This document shows positions 11,796 through 23,720 of a DNA stretch of 64,000 nt, one piece after another (the first letter of the stretch is position 1; the number at the start of each line of letters is the position of its first letter). The stretch spans positions 37,014,001-37,078,000 of the forward strand of contig OX638150.1 in NCBI GenBank assembly GCA_951804945.1, written 5' to 3'. Made by a program: the position numbers and the translations under genes. The DNA is from Podarcis cretensis (Eukaryota). The notes beneath the pieces were generated by a model, which saw only the letters and a program-made list of their open reading frames with translations, was not told the DNA's origin and searched no databases.

Positions 11796-12516
11796 CCACT
11801 GTACCCCACTGTAAATGTACCAGCCTTTCAGAGAACCAGTGTGTTCTAGGGAGTAGGATTATGACCTTTGATTTGGGACAGGAGTACATTGGGTGGGATT
11901 CAACCTAGTGCTAAGTCCCTCATTCCATCAGTGTGAAGATTTCACCATGGTCAACAAAACATTATCTCCACCTCTTCCCCCCCCCTTCCCCAGTTCATGC
12001 CCCCTAAATCTGTTCTAAGATTTTCTCCAACCCTCTGGGGTAGATTTGTGTAGGGCATGTGCCTCGGGGGGAAAGAGGGGAGGAGGCCCCTGTTGCTCAA
12101 GAAATCCTTGCACTGATGGGATGTAGTAGTTCATAATGTCTGTTGTTCTCTTCCAGCCTCAGTTCCCTCATTTGTAAAAATATTAGAGGAAGGGACCTGT
12201 ACAGGTGAGCTGTTGTGAGGATGAAGGAGAGCTGCTTCAAATGTCACTTTGCCATGATAAAATTATAATAAGAAAAAGTGCATACCTTGTAATATGTATA
12301 TAGGTGCAGGAGGGAAGGGTGAGGCAGTTAGCCACATCATGTACAGGGATCTGAGAAGATGCTTCTACCTGAATTAGTACATGTCTGAAAATGAACATTT
12401 CTTCCATGGCTTAAAGAAGTTTGTAGTATATATAAGCTCCACTCAGTTTCCTTTATTTCCTTATTGCCATTTCTGATCCTCGCGCTTTGCTTTGTTTTCT
12501 GAAATGCTTGCAGCCA

Positions 12517-12534
12517 CAGTGCCCCCTGCAGGAA
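12517..12534 (-). promoter_or_regulatory. CTCF-like motif
   Basis: Minus strand TTCCTGCAGGGGGCACTG resembles the CTCF core CCASYAGRKGGCRS; motif match only. Confidence 0.4.
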
Positions 12535-12561
12535 GTATTATGTTTCCTCTCTGTATTTTAG

Positions 12562-12678
12562 GTACCCTCTCAGCATCCCTATGCAGAGGATTTTATAGGG
12601 AAACCCCATGTGTGGACAGTGGACTACAATAATTCAGAGGAATTTGAAGCTGCTATCAAAGTCATTATGAGGACCAAG
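12562..12678 (+). CDS. MGAT5B: MGAT5B coding exon VPSQHPYAEDFIGKPHVWTVDYNNSEEFEAAIKVIMRTK
   Basis: Acceptor tctgtattttag|GTA, donor AAG|gtaact; 117 nt; SQHPYAE-FIG-PHVWTVD motif. Confidence 0.97.
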
Positions 12679-13130
12679 GTAACTGCCAGCCAAGCCTCCT
12701 GAAACATTATTAGTCATAGAAATTGAGCCTTTTATTTCAATATTTTGCCTTAAAAATACCCAAGTGGGTGGATTCAACAAGGACAATGTCAGGTTGAGAA
12801 TGTGAGAATTTGCAGTCCATCTCAGGAAAATAAAGAAAAACATGACCTATTTCAGGTGTATTCTATCCCTGCCCCTACAAACTGTAGGACAGAAAGTCAG
12901 GCCATCTGGATTAGAAGGTGTTAATAAGTGAGTGAGCTATGTTTTGCTTTTACTTTCTTAACTTCTCCTTAAAGTTTCATTTTTAAAAATGTCACTTTCA
13001 ACAAACACAGTTAAAAATAAAAGCTTGGCATTTAGAATCTCAAGACATGGGAGTGTGTCCCTTATGTGACTCCCAAAACACTCTTGAGTGTTTCATGACT
13101 GTTTCCAACTTTATTTTAAGATGTACATAG

Positions 13131-13560
13131 AGGTGGGGGAGAAATTTGATTCAGTTCACATTTAAAGGCAAGTTTACTTGATCTGCACTTTCTGAAGCAA
13201 TGTGAGCCACAAAGACCTGTCCTTTGAAATTTTCACTTCTCTGAATTTTGCAATGCAGTTTCTCAGCCTATCCATATACAAAAACCCATATACTGTGGGA
13301 AAGTGTGCACAAAATTTGCACATATTCATGAAAATAACATGCAAGTATGCATTATATTAGGGGGAATTGCACTGCAGAAAAGGTGTCTGTTAGGCAAAAT
13401 TGCATACAAATATGTATATGTTCAGATAAATTTGCAAAAGAAAAGAAAAGAGGGCTTTTCGTGAAGACTTTAAAAAAAAGAAAACACATATGGGAGAACT
13501 GAAGACTGGAAAAAAATGAGAAGTGAAGACGAAACAGAACTGACAGATCCACCCATCCCT
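13131..13560 (+). mobile_element. Unclassified AT-rich lacertid interspersed repeat (near complete)
   Basis: gggggagaaatttgattcagttcacattt...ctgaattttgcaatgcag...tgacagatccacccatccct; multiple copies in this window. Confidence 0.75.
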
Positions 13561-13897
13561 TCATGTACATAAACATAACATAGGACAGGCACACACATTC
13601 AACTATTTCATAGCAATGACCAACATATGGCAAACTCAATGCTGGCATTTCTGCTCCTGGTTTTACTGAGTATACATCTTTGCAGTTAAAAGCAAAACTA
13701 AACTTACATTTGAAAGAAATGCTTCTAAAGTGACTTTTGCAAGCATTCAAAGACCAAATGAGACATTGCAGTTAATATCTGGCTGCTGCAAAAAAACGGT
13801 TGCCACACATTTTGTTCTCATTCTTCCCTGTGGAATATTGAGGGAGAATTTATACCTTGTGACTTGAGTGACATCAGAATGTTCAACAAGTTCTTAA

Positions 13898-14048
13898 GGA
13901 TAGCTCAGTCGGGAGAACATGAGCCTCTTAAGAGACTCTTCATCTCAAGATCGTGGGTTTGAGTCCCACATTGCACAAAAATTTCTTGCGCTGCAGGAAC
14001 TTGGACTAGATGTCCCTCATGGTTCCTTCAAACTCTGCAATTCTATGA
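13898..14048 (+). mobile_element. SINE with tRNA-Lys-like head and CR1-derived tail
   Basis: ggatagctcagtcgggagaacatgag...ctcaagatcgtgggtttgagtcccacattg followed by ctgcaggaacttggactagatg...ccttcaaactctgcaattctatga. Confidence 0.75.
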
Positions 14049-15161
14049 ATATAATTCTACAAAATAAACAGATGACCAGGCCTGCTGTCCGCACTGAGGT
14101 CTGCTCACGAGGGTGAAACACACATGTCATGAGTGACCCAAGGTTGCCTTTGGTAGTTAATACAGAAGAGGAAGGGGAAACCAGATGTATTTCCTGCACT
14201 TTTTTGAAAACTGTCACACCTTTGCCACTGTTAACATCTAGTTTAGCCCTAAGATATGAGTTTTAAGATTGCATGTACAGAAAGAAGTAACATCAGCCCC
14301 AGGCCTCAGCATTTATACCTTTGTTTTCAGATAAATCTTTTCCAGCTTCTGGGCAATTTCTCAAAGATTGCTCTGCAGAGCCTCTCCTGTATCAGGAGAT
14401 ATTAACACAACTTGCCTGCTGTTCATTCCTACCATGCAAGTGCTATAAAAGCTCAGGATAATTTATCTTCTTTGATTTAATTATTCATTATTAGTATATT
14501 AGCAGTATTTGTATTAAGCCAGCCAACAATAAGAGGAAGAGCCTCAAGTGCTACCTCTTAAATATGAGCATTGTAGAGACACACACACACACACACACAC
14601 TTTTTTGAGAGAAAAAAATGACTGGGAAGTAAGGAAAAGGACCTTCTGAAAAATGCAGCACCTGCTGTGTGATGCGGTTTCTCAAAGACTTTTAAAATGT
14701 ATCTGTCATGAATATTTACTTCTCCCACAGCAGAAGCCTTTCAAGTTGTCCAGATCATTAAAGTCAGTTCTCCTGGAGGGAGAAAATGTGCTGATCTCCA
14801 TTTTGCTCACAATTTGCTTTGGGTGGGGGAGATGGGTGTCTCTGTTGTTTGAAAAGACAATGCGCTGCAAAATGGTGCCTCTCTTAATACCCAAGTCTGA
14901 CTCAGAAGGTTGGCAGGAATCAGGGAACTCAAATCAACTGAGTGATGATTAAAAGGGATTTTTTTTTAGGAACCAGTGATTGCTGCTTCACACGTTACGT
15001 AGTAGCAACTCCAAGCTTGTCTCCAAGTGAACACAGGCCAGGAAGCTATCACCAGTCCCAGCTCCCCAATCAGTATACCTGGATCACCCAATCCATAGAG
15101 GGAGCCATATTGGTCTGTAGCAAAAGAAAACACAAAGAGTCTGGTGGCTTCTTAAAGACTA

Positions 15162-15409
15162 CAATGGTACCTTGGTTTGCAACCATAATCCGTTCTGGAG
15201 GTCTGTTTGTAAACCAAAACAGGTTTGTAACCCAAGGCGTGCTTTCGCCAATGGGGCCTCCAAAAATGTTTTGTTCTTAATCCCCCAAAAAATGGGTTGT
15301 AATCCAAAAAAAGGTTGCAAACCGGGACACGACACACACTTCCGGGTTTGACGTGTTTGTAATCCAAAACGTATGCAAACCAATACGTATGCAAACCAAG
15401 GTACCACTG
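15162..15409. mobile_element. Tc1/mariner (Tigger-like) MITE nested in a Penelope-like remnant
   Basis: TIRs caatggtaccttggtttgc / gcaaaccaaggtaccactg, TA at left; flanks join as acaaagagtctggtggcttcttaaagacta...ctagatttatt. Confidence 0.8.
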
Positions 15410-16632
15410 CACTAGATTTATTTTTTTCATTACAGTTTCATAGACTGTAAAGGAAACAGCCACAATATATATTCCTTCCTTAAGGTGACACAAGACTCTT
15501 TTGTTTCTGTATGACATGAAGGTTTGCTACCTTGTTTAGACTGCTGGGCGTGAGAGATGGGGCCTTTTTAGTGGTGGCTCTGCCCTTGTGGAGTTCTGTT
15601 CCAGTTGAGATTCAAATCACCCTACCATCCCAGGTGGAAGTTAAAGACCTATCTGTTCTGAAATTTTTCTTCCTACCCTTGCAAGTATACTATACTTCTG
15701 CTGCTGTGTTTGGTGCCTCTAGTTTCATCAGATGTTGTGGTTTTATATTTTATGTTAGTATGAAGTAAGCAGCTTTGTGAAGTCTTGGCCCTGAAACAAA
15801 TAAATTAATATCCTTCCCCTCCACCACCATTAAGTTCAATTAATCAAATTTAGACCGCTCAAACTAGCAACCAGGTAATAGGAAGCAATAACAACTCTCC
15901 AGCATCTGAGTAGCTAGTCTGATGTGGGGGGGGGGTCTGATTTCCATATCTCCAAAATTTAGAGAAATACCCTGAGAAACATAACTATTCTCTGAGCATG
16001 TAAACAAGAGAAAATAGGGTAAATGGGAGGTTTCTTAATGTATTTGACTGAAGAGGCAACAGCAGATAGCATGATTAAAAGCAGGTGGGGCATGTCTCCT
16101 CACAAACAGGCTCCATTGTCAGCCTTCTGCTATAGAAGCTGTGTATCTACTCTAAAACCACTTTGCTCCAACTGTGGGCCTATATTTGGGTCAAGTTCAA
16201 AATTGGTCCATAATGATGTAGGGCAAGATTTCCCTGTTGTTGGAGAACTGTATGAGATGAAAGCCTCCAAAGGGGGTCAAGTTGGGTCAGGCCTCACATT
16301 TCAAAAGAACGCAGTCAGGAAGCTAAAATAAGACCTTCAGAGCCTTCTTTTCTTTAACAAGTGTTAAACAGATTGAACTGCTTTCAATGAAGAGCAGAAG
16401 AGTGGCAATGAGACCTCTCCCCACCCATGCAGTAGACACACTTCAAACGGAGGACCAAGTTAGGTGCTCATCTTCCAACTATGAATTCTGGTCTCTTATT
16501 GACTTGCTTTGAAAACCCAGAGCAATGTCGCTATATGAATCCTTAGGTTTTGTCATTCGTATAAATGACAGGAGCTGTTTGTTCAACTCCTCGGTCTCAG
16601 ACAGAAAGGTGGGGCTGCATCAGCAAGAAATT

Positions 16633-17375
16633 AGTGTTGGGGGGGATTGGTTTTGTTCACATTTCAGTCTGCACTTCTCAAACCAATATGCAAACTGACA
16701 CATGATTATCCTTCAAAATTCACACTCCCCTGAATTTTGTAGTACAGTTCTCCGAACAAATGATGTTTACAAAAATGCTTCTGCTAGGGGAAAGGGTGCA
16801 GAATAATACTGGCTGTTGTGGCAATGCTGGGCCAGGTAGCAGGAGTCCTCTTTGGCTGATGAAGTGGAGGCCTCTGATAAGGAAGTCAAAGGGCTTGCTC
16901 CAGAAGTGTTGCTACCTGACAAACCTGCAGTACCTGTGTCCCACCTAACCGGAGGGTGTAGCACTGCCATCCTCAAACTCAGAGGACTCCACGGGGGACT
17001 CAATGAAATCAGAGACTCCCCCACTCTGGGACAGTAAGAGACCAATGAAGAGAGCCGGACTCCTTTCAGCAAAGCAGCACTTTCCAGTATGGGCGAGACT
17101 CACCATCAGGAGGCAGTAGTGTTACTATCATACAGGGCTGAGGTTGTTCCCTGCTGAAGCAACAGAGGAGCTTTTCTGTATGTAGAGCACAGGTTGAGCC
17201 CCTGGCTTCCAGCTGAACCATTCTCCATCTATTCTTGCAAATTTGCACTAAAATACTGATTAATTTTCAAGAGAACTTTTTTTTTTAGAAAAAGCAAAAA
17301 TGTGGAAATGTGAAGAACTGAAGACTGGAAAATGAGAAACCAGAGGAAACAAAAATTAACATATTTGCCCAATCA
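16633..17375 (+). mobile_element. AT-rich lacertid repeat interrupted by a ~430-bp insertion (about 16810-17235)
   Basis: 5' part (cttcaaaattcacactcccctgaattttg) and 3' part (gaagaactgaagactggaaaatgagaaac) are colinear with 13131-13560. Confidence 0.65.
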
Positions 17376-19408
17376 GCAGACAGGTGGGTGGGCAAGGTCA
17401 ACCCACAAACAGCAGGGATACCAAGAAGGATGTGATGCAGCTGCCCTCAAGGGCGGAACCAGAAGTGGTAGTGATCACACATGGGGTAGAAGCAAACAGA
17501 GTCAGGGGCTCCAGGTTCTAGCTTAACAGCTCCTGATCCCACTGACAACAATGGAGTTTGGATCCACCCTTCATTTTAGTTTAAGATGTAAGAAAACTTG
17601 GATACCACAATGCAACTGAAATGTGCTGTGAAACTCTGAGAGAAAATGGTTGGCTGGCGTACCCTCTCAACCCTGTCCTACCCTCAGTTCCCATTCCGGA
17701 ACGCATCTTCCTCATCTTCCCTCAACACATTAGAGCTGCTTTCAGAAATATGTTCTGTAAACCACCCGGAAAGCGGTAGAGAATAGAAAGCGATTTGCAG
17801 CCACTTTGCTCCTTTTTATTTTTAAAGGGCTGGGATATTAGAGATGCTGTCAAGGCAATTAGGCCTAAAAACTGACCTACCTTAAAAGCTTGAAAGCCTT
17901 ATTATAGTCTTTTTGCTGTTGGGTTCCCCTGATATTTTGTCTTTGAAACACTGTTCTGCTGCAGCAGGAAATGTACAAAGAAAAAACAACAACGGCGAGG
18001 TTGAGGAGGAGACTGGGTGGCTTAGAATGGACGTTCTCAACAGGCTGTCTATGTCCTGAAGTTTTATTCCCCTGCCTCCAATCTGACTAGAATGGGAATC
18101 TTTGAATTTGTGAGTAATACAGAGGTAGTCAACATGGCATCCTCCAGATGTTTCTGAACTACAGCTCCCATTATCTCCAAGCATGGGCCATGCTGGTTAG
18201 ACCCGATTAGCCAAACAGCATCTGGAAGCCACCACATTGGCTACCCCTACAGTAGATAGTCTAAGTGTGCAGAGCTCCTTCTCTTGTTGAGCTGAATGAA
18301 GAGCATTGCTTGTTACTAAAGCTTCTGCAAGCTTCTCTGTGCTGGGTTTATGTCTGCACAGTTTGTGGACCCACCAGCCAAACACAGCTGAGCTAGAAGC
18401 TCAAGAGCCCCCCCTCAGAGGTTGTGCTGGCCTAGTTTATGCGCTCATGTTTTTGGTCCAGCTATCCAACATAAGTTATGGTTCCTGGAGATAATTACAG
18501 CAAGAGCTTACCTTTTTTTCCCTTGCAACACTCAGCATCTCATAGCATAAGGAGAGGAGACTACAGAGCAGCTGCATGAAGCCAAGAGAGCATGTGAGAC
18601 AAAAAAGACAAATTGCAGCCCACGGGGAAAGGTGACACTGGGAGCATTGTCCCTGTGATGAATTACAGCTCTTAGCAGAGAGGTTAAAGGCGACAGGCAG
18701 AGACGGGGTGGCTTTCCTTTGAGGTCACTTCCTTGAACTTCAGCTTCTACATTTTCAAAGAAAAAACCACGGTTCTTACACAAGCAATTTAATACAGCCA
18801 ATATTCTGGTGTAGTGAAGGGAGAAGCCTTCATTATATTAAAGTCAAATGTACAGGAATATAATGGAAAATTATATATTTCAGGCTATGCTTGGGAGAGT
18901 AGCATATTAAGCATTGCTGTGAAAATAGCTGGTTAAAATATCCCCAGGCTGCTGCTACACACTGTTAGGCAATTGCATTATTTTCTATTTATTTGGCTGA
19001 TAACATTTAGGTTGGGCTTTCTCCCCGCTACCTTCCTCCCACAATTTTGTTTGAGAAGGATTCATTATTCTTCTCGGAGCTGTGATTCCTGTTGGAGACC
19101 CAGATTCCTGTGGAGAAATCATATATTTGAATCTATTCCTGGGTTGTGAGTATGTTTGCTTGCTACCCATTATTTGAATGGAGGCGCCCTCTTTTAAGAG
19201 ACTGTATTTATCATGGTACATTGGTACTGCTGCAATAAAGCCAACTTCCAGAGCACCTCTACAAAAATGTGGCTCAGCTGACATGCCTAGAGACTGAGAG
19301 GAAGCTCACATCTAGGTGAGATGACCTGTTACTATGTTAGCCACCCTGAGTGGCTGGAGCAACACAGTCAGATGGTATTACTACTACTACTACTACTACT
19401 ACTACTGG

Positions 19409-20038
19409 CCATTGTTACTACCAACCTTACAATATGTTTGTGAAACATGGACAACTTATAAACGCCATCTCCAACTCCTCAAAAGATTCCATCAATGGTG
19501 TCTCTGAAAAATTTTACACATCACATGGGAAGACAGACGAACTAATATCAGTGTACTGGCAGAAGCAAAGATCACGAGTGTTGAAGCAACATCAACTTTG
19601 TTGGACCAGTCACGTTGTGCGGATGCCTGGTGATCCTCTTCCAAAACAACTACTCTATTCTGAACTTTAAAATGGAAAGCTTAATGCTGGTGGTCAACAA
19701 AAGAGGTTTAAAGACAGTCTCAAGGCAAACTTAGTAGTATAAACACCGTCAACTGGGAAACACTGGCCTGTGAGCGCTCCAGTTGGAGAACAGCCTTTAC
19801 CAAAGGTATCATGGGCTTTGAAGACAGGACTCAGGACGCAAGGGAGAAATGTGCTAAGAGGAAGGCACGCTTGGCAAATCCACACCATGATCAACTCCCG
19901 CCCGGAAACCAAAGTTCCCACTGTGGAAGGATGTGTGAATCCAGAATTGGCCTCCACCCTCACTTACGGACTCATTGTTAAAACCCTGTTTATGGAAGAC
20001 AATCTTACTCGGCTATGAGTGATCACCAAAGAAGAAAG
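19409..20038 (+). mobile_element. RTE-clade LINE 3' fragment
   Basis: Decayed CETWTTYKRHLQLL...WTSHVVRMPGDPLPKQLLYSEL, terminal zinc-finger remnant, (GAA) tail; homologous to 53978-54340. Confidence 0.9.
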
Positions 20039-23000
20039 ATTGTTCTCCATACAGCAACTGAGTCTTTATACCTGTTTCCCAACCAAGAAGGAAATATTAG
20101 ATTTATTCAAGGGAATGTTCCTTGTTACAGAATATCAATGGTATGCTGGCTGTTTGGCCGAAATAATAAATTTTCATTCATTCAGAGTATCAATGGGACT
20201 CCCCCTTTAATGACACCTTGGTATTACTGAGTTCCTCACACCTGAACTCTCCAAGTGGTGCAGTTATGAACATCACATTAGCACAGACATCTGTCTGAAG
20301 CTGCTATTTGCATTTCAAGGGAAGCTTCCATTGCTGCCAATGGAATTGTGGCAGGGAGAGAAAAAGTTAACCATTCTCTTCCTAAGGCTGCTCCAGTTAT
20401 CCCTTGGCTGCTATTTACATAACCAAAAACAACAACAATAGCACTCATGCAATTAATGCCAGGTCCAGTTTGGGCCTTGGTGAGGAAGGGTTTCTCACAG
20501 AGACTGCTGCTCCAGAATAGCATGTGATATCTGGGCCTATTTTAAAAGAAAGGTACACATCTGCTTCTTTGAGTTATTTCTTCCTCTCAGTGCTGCTAAT
20601 AGCCTCACAATGTCCAAAGGGGCCTACTGAACAAACATTGTGTTTATGCCATGGATGTCAAAGAGAATACATACTGTGAAGTGTCTTCTGACATGACTTT
20701 CTCTCCCCCACCCACCCATTTCCCATTTTACCCACCTTATGCCTATTCAGCTAGATAAACCTGAACATAATTAAGAAAACCTTGTTACTTCTTTGCTTCT
20801 TATGCAGGCTGTCAGGGCTACACATGCTGGTGGTTTTTGATGGCTCCTGTTGTGAGGATGGCATCTGTTTCCTTCCTGGCACCAGAGTGCAAAGGGAGTC
20901 TTTGATGGATGAGAGAAACGTGGTTTCCCAGCCCCTCTGGAATCTCCCCCTCCTCCACTGTGGCTCTCATTCAAATCACTCTCCCTGCCTTCCCTTGGGC
21001 ACAACCACTTTCCTCATTATCTTGTCTTTTCTGCATTCTTCCTCCTGCCCTTGTCCCTGTAATCGAAGCACTCATCTTCGCTACACTATTTCTGATGACC
21101 CATCTGTTCACCACGGTGCCAAGAGCACCTCTCGCATTATCTCTTTCTTTTCTTCCTTCTGTTTATACATTCAGATTGTGCAGTCAAGGCCACAGCAAAG
21201 TGCCAATTCCTCCAAAATAATTGTTTAATTAAAATCCGACACTTCCTACCTCCTGTTGGTCACTGCGGTGTTTTGAGACCTTTCCAGAACACCATCTATC
21301 ATAAGAGCGGCGGTCTCCCTCTGCGGGAGAAAGAGGATACAAACACGCTCCGTTTGAGGCCAGATTCCATTTTACATTGTACCCAGGTAGACCTACTGAA
21401 CTTAGCACAAAATGCCAAAATGTAATTTAGTAGAACATTAGCTCTGATGGTGCCAGGTTCTGGCCTTGGAACTGAGGGGAAGCCAAAACCTAATTGAGAG
21501 GTGAAGCATTGTACCAGAGCCAAGTCTGCTTACTTATTCTTTGAGGGCTGTGCAATTTAGCTGCGGGATGACTCTGCTGGTATTAGACTCTCTAGAGTAA
21601 ATTAAATAAAAATTATTCTTTGCGGCCACTAAGTGTGGCATTGTGCCATTGTGTGTTTCATGTGATGATTGCATTTGTCTTATGATGCCTTGGTTGTTTT
21701 AAGCCTTAGTTGCCTTTATGCAATCCTAAGGAGTACTTTTTATCTCCTTCAAGCAGTGCCCATCTGATGGGTAGGAAAGAGTTTACTCATGATCAGATGC
21801 CATGGTGATAATGATCGAAGGAACCACTCCTCCAGAGTGAAACAAGCTCACTCCAAGGAAAAGCGTGATGATGAAGTGGTACTTAGTCAGCTTCAGGCCA
21901 AGAGCATGACATATGCTGACACTCAACTTGCTCAAGACCAGTTATTTTGATGGATTTTGATCAAAAGGTTTTTTATATGTGTTCTTAAGTTCAGAGAATT
22001 AGGCCACCACAATCTGTCTTAATACAGTGATTTGTTCTGCTCCTTCTTGGGGAGCCAGACAAGCTAAAGTCTCACCACAAACCTGGTATTCTGCAAGTAA
22101 TGGCTTCACAGTTTTTAGGCCCTTCTGCCTTCATTTGGAGCTTTTGTTCCTTTGTAGGTTGAGGCATCAATCCTATGCACGATAACCTGGGAGTAAGGCT
22201 TATTTATTTAATCATTCCCTTTATTTCCCACCTTGACTACCTGGAGCCCAGGATGGGGTAGTATGTGACTCTCTCCTTTCTCCATATAGCTTTCAATGAG
22301 GTAGGTTAAACCAGGTGCACTGCATCCCATTTTGTTGCTTGAGGTAAAACAGGAAGTGCCGCCCTGCCACCAGCTGTGCCACCTGCCACACTGCCTCCAC
22401 CATCCATTTCCATCAAGATCTCACCTAAACCTCATGAGATCCCATGCACTCCATGAGGTCTTTCAAGATTTCAGTGAGATCTCACCAGAAATCATTGCCG
22501 ATGCCAGCAGCAGAGGAAATGAGCGAGTGGGGGCTCCGTGGGTGTTTCCCCACCTCGGGGGCTTCACCCTGCCTCATGGGTGCTCCAGGCCTGGGTTAAG
22601 CTGAGACTTGGTCTTTACAGCGGAGTAGAGAGATGAACTCTGATCTCCCAGATCCTAGTCCAACACTCTAACCACCACACCACACCACACAGGCTCTCAT
22701 TATATACTACACTCTGGCTCTGAGTAGATGTACGTAGGACTGCACTGTAAGGATTGTTCCATAGGTACCAGCTGTTTTCTAGTACTTGTTTTTTTATTAA
22801 TCATCTTCCCAATTTTACATTTGATGGATGCTTAAAAACAAATCTGTTAATCTGTGCATATGTGCACTAGACTCTTCACATACGCACGCAGCCTTTGTAG
22901 AGAGTAAATATTGCTGAATGTGCTTGAGTTGCAACTGTTCTGTAATAAGCCCAATGAGATCCATTCTGAAACAGCTAGAAATGAGGAGTTAACAAATAAA

Positions 23001-23399
23001 ACTGCAAACACACACTGCTTAAAAAGCCAGTGCAAGTCAGTCTCTCGTGCAGTAAATAAATTTAGTGACTTGCTAGTTGCGATGGTGCTATTGTGAGCAT
23101 TTCGAAATGGTGTTTGTGGGCATTCTGTAGACCTTCTCTTTGCCTTCTCCTCCATCTCCGTTGCCTGTGTCAGAGCCACAGTTACTTTATTTATGTACTA
23201 CCTTCTCATATCTTCAAAGCATTTTGCACCATGTGGTGTCCATTGAGAAGGCACCTACCATCCATGCCTTTTGTAGTCTATTACTGTTGAGTCCATCCAT
23301 CATGGCCATCCATCAGTGGTGCTCTTGCAGCCTTCCTTGTGCCATTTGTTTGAAAAGAACCCAGCAGAGCAGAAGGCCATTGCTGACATATGCATGAAA

Positions 23400-23720
23400 C
23401 TGCCCATATGAAACCAGGTGCAGTTTGAGGTGTTGATTCTAGCATTTGAAGCGCTAAACAACTTGAGACCGTGTTCCCTAAGGGACCACCTCATCCCATT
23501 TTCTCCTGCCCATCAACTGTGCTGCTTGGATGGGGCACAGCTGAGAGTATAACATGCCCCAGAGGTGCACTTAGCTTGTACCAGAAGCTGGGCTTTTAGT
23601 GTTGCAGCTCCAGCGCTCTGGAATTAGCAGCTGAAATTCAGTAGGTGCCTAGCATCTTGATATTTAGGTGCTGAATGTATTTAGTTACTGAATGTATTTT
23701 TTACTAAGAAAGCTTTTCCT
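23400..23720 (+). mobile_element. Old L2-clade LINE 3' fragment
   Basis: Decayed LP...QFEVLILAFEALNNL...LRDHL and AFSVAAPALWN motifs. Confidence 0.7.

Noticed and set aside
12556-12567. AG|GTA at the exon start suggesting a recursive splice site
   Set aside because: The regenerated donor GTACCC is a poor match, the upstream intron is short (1.7 kb) and GTA simply encodes the conserved Val.
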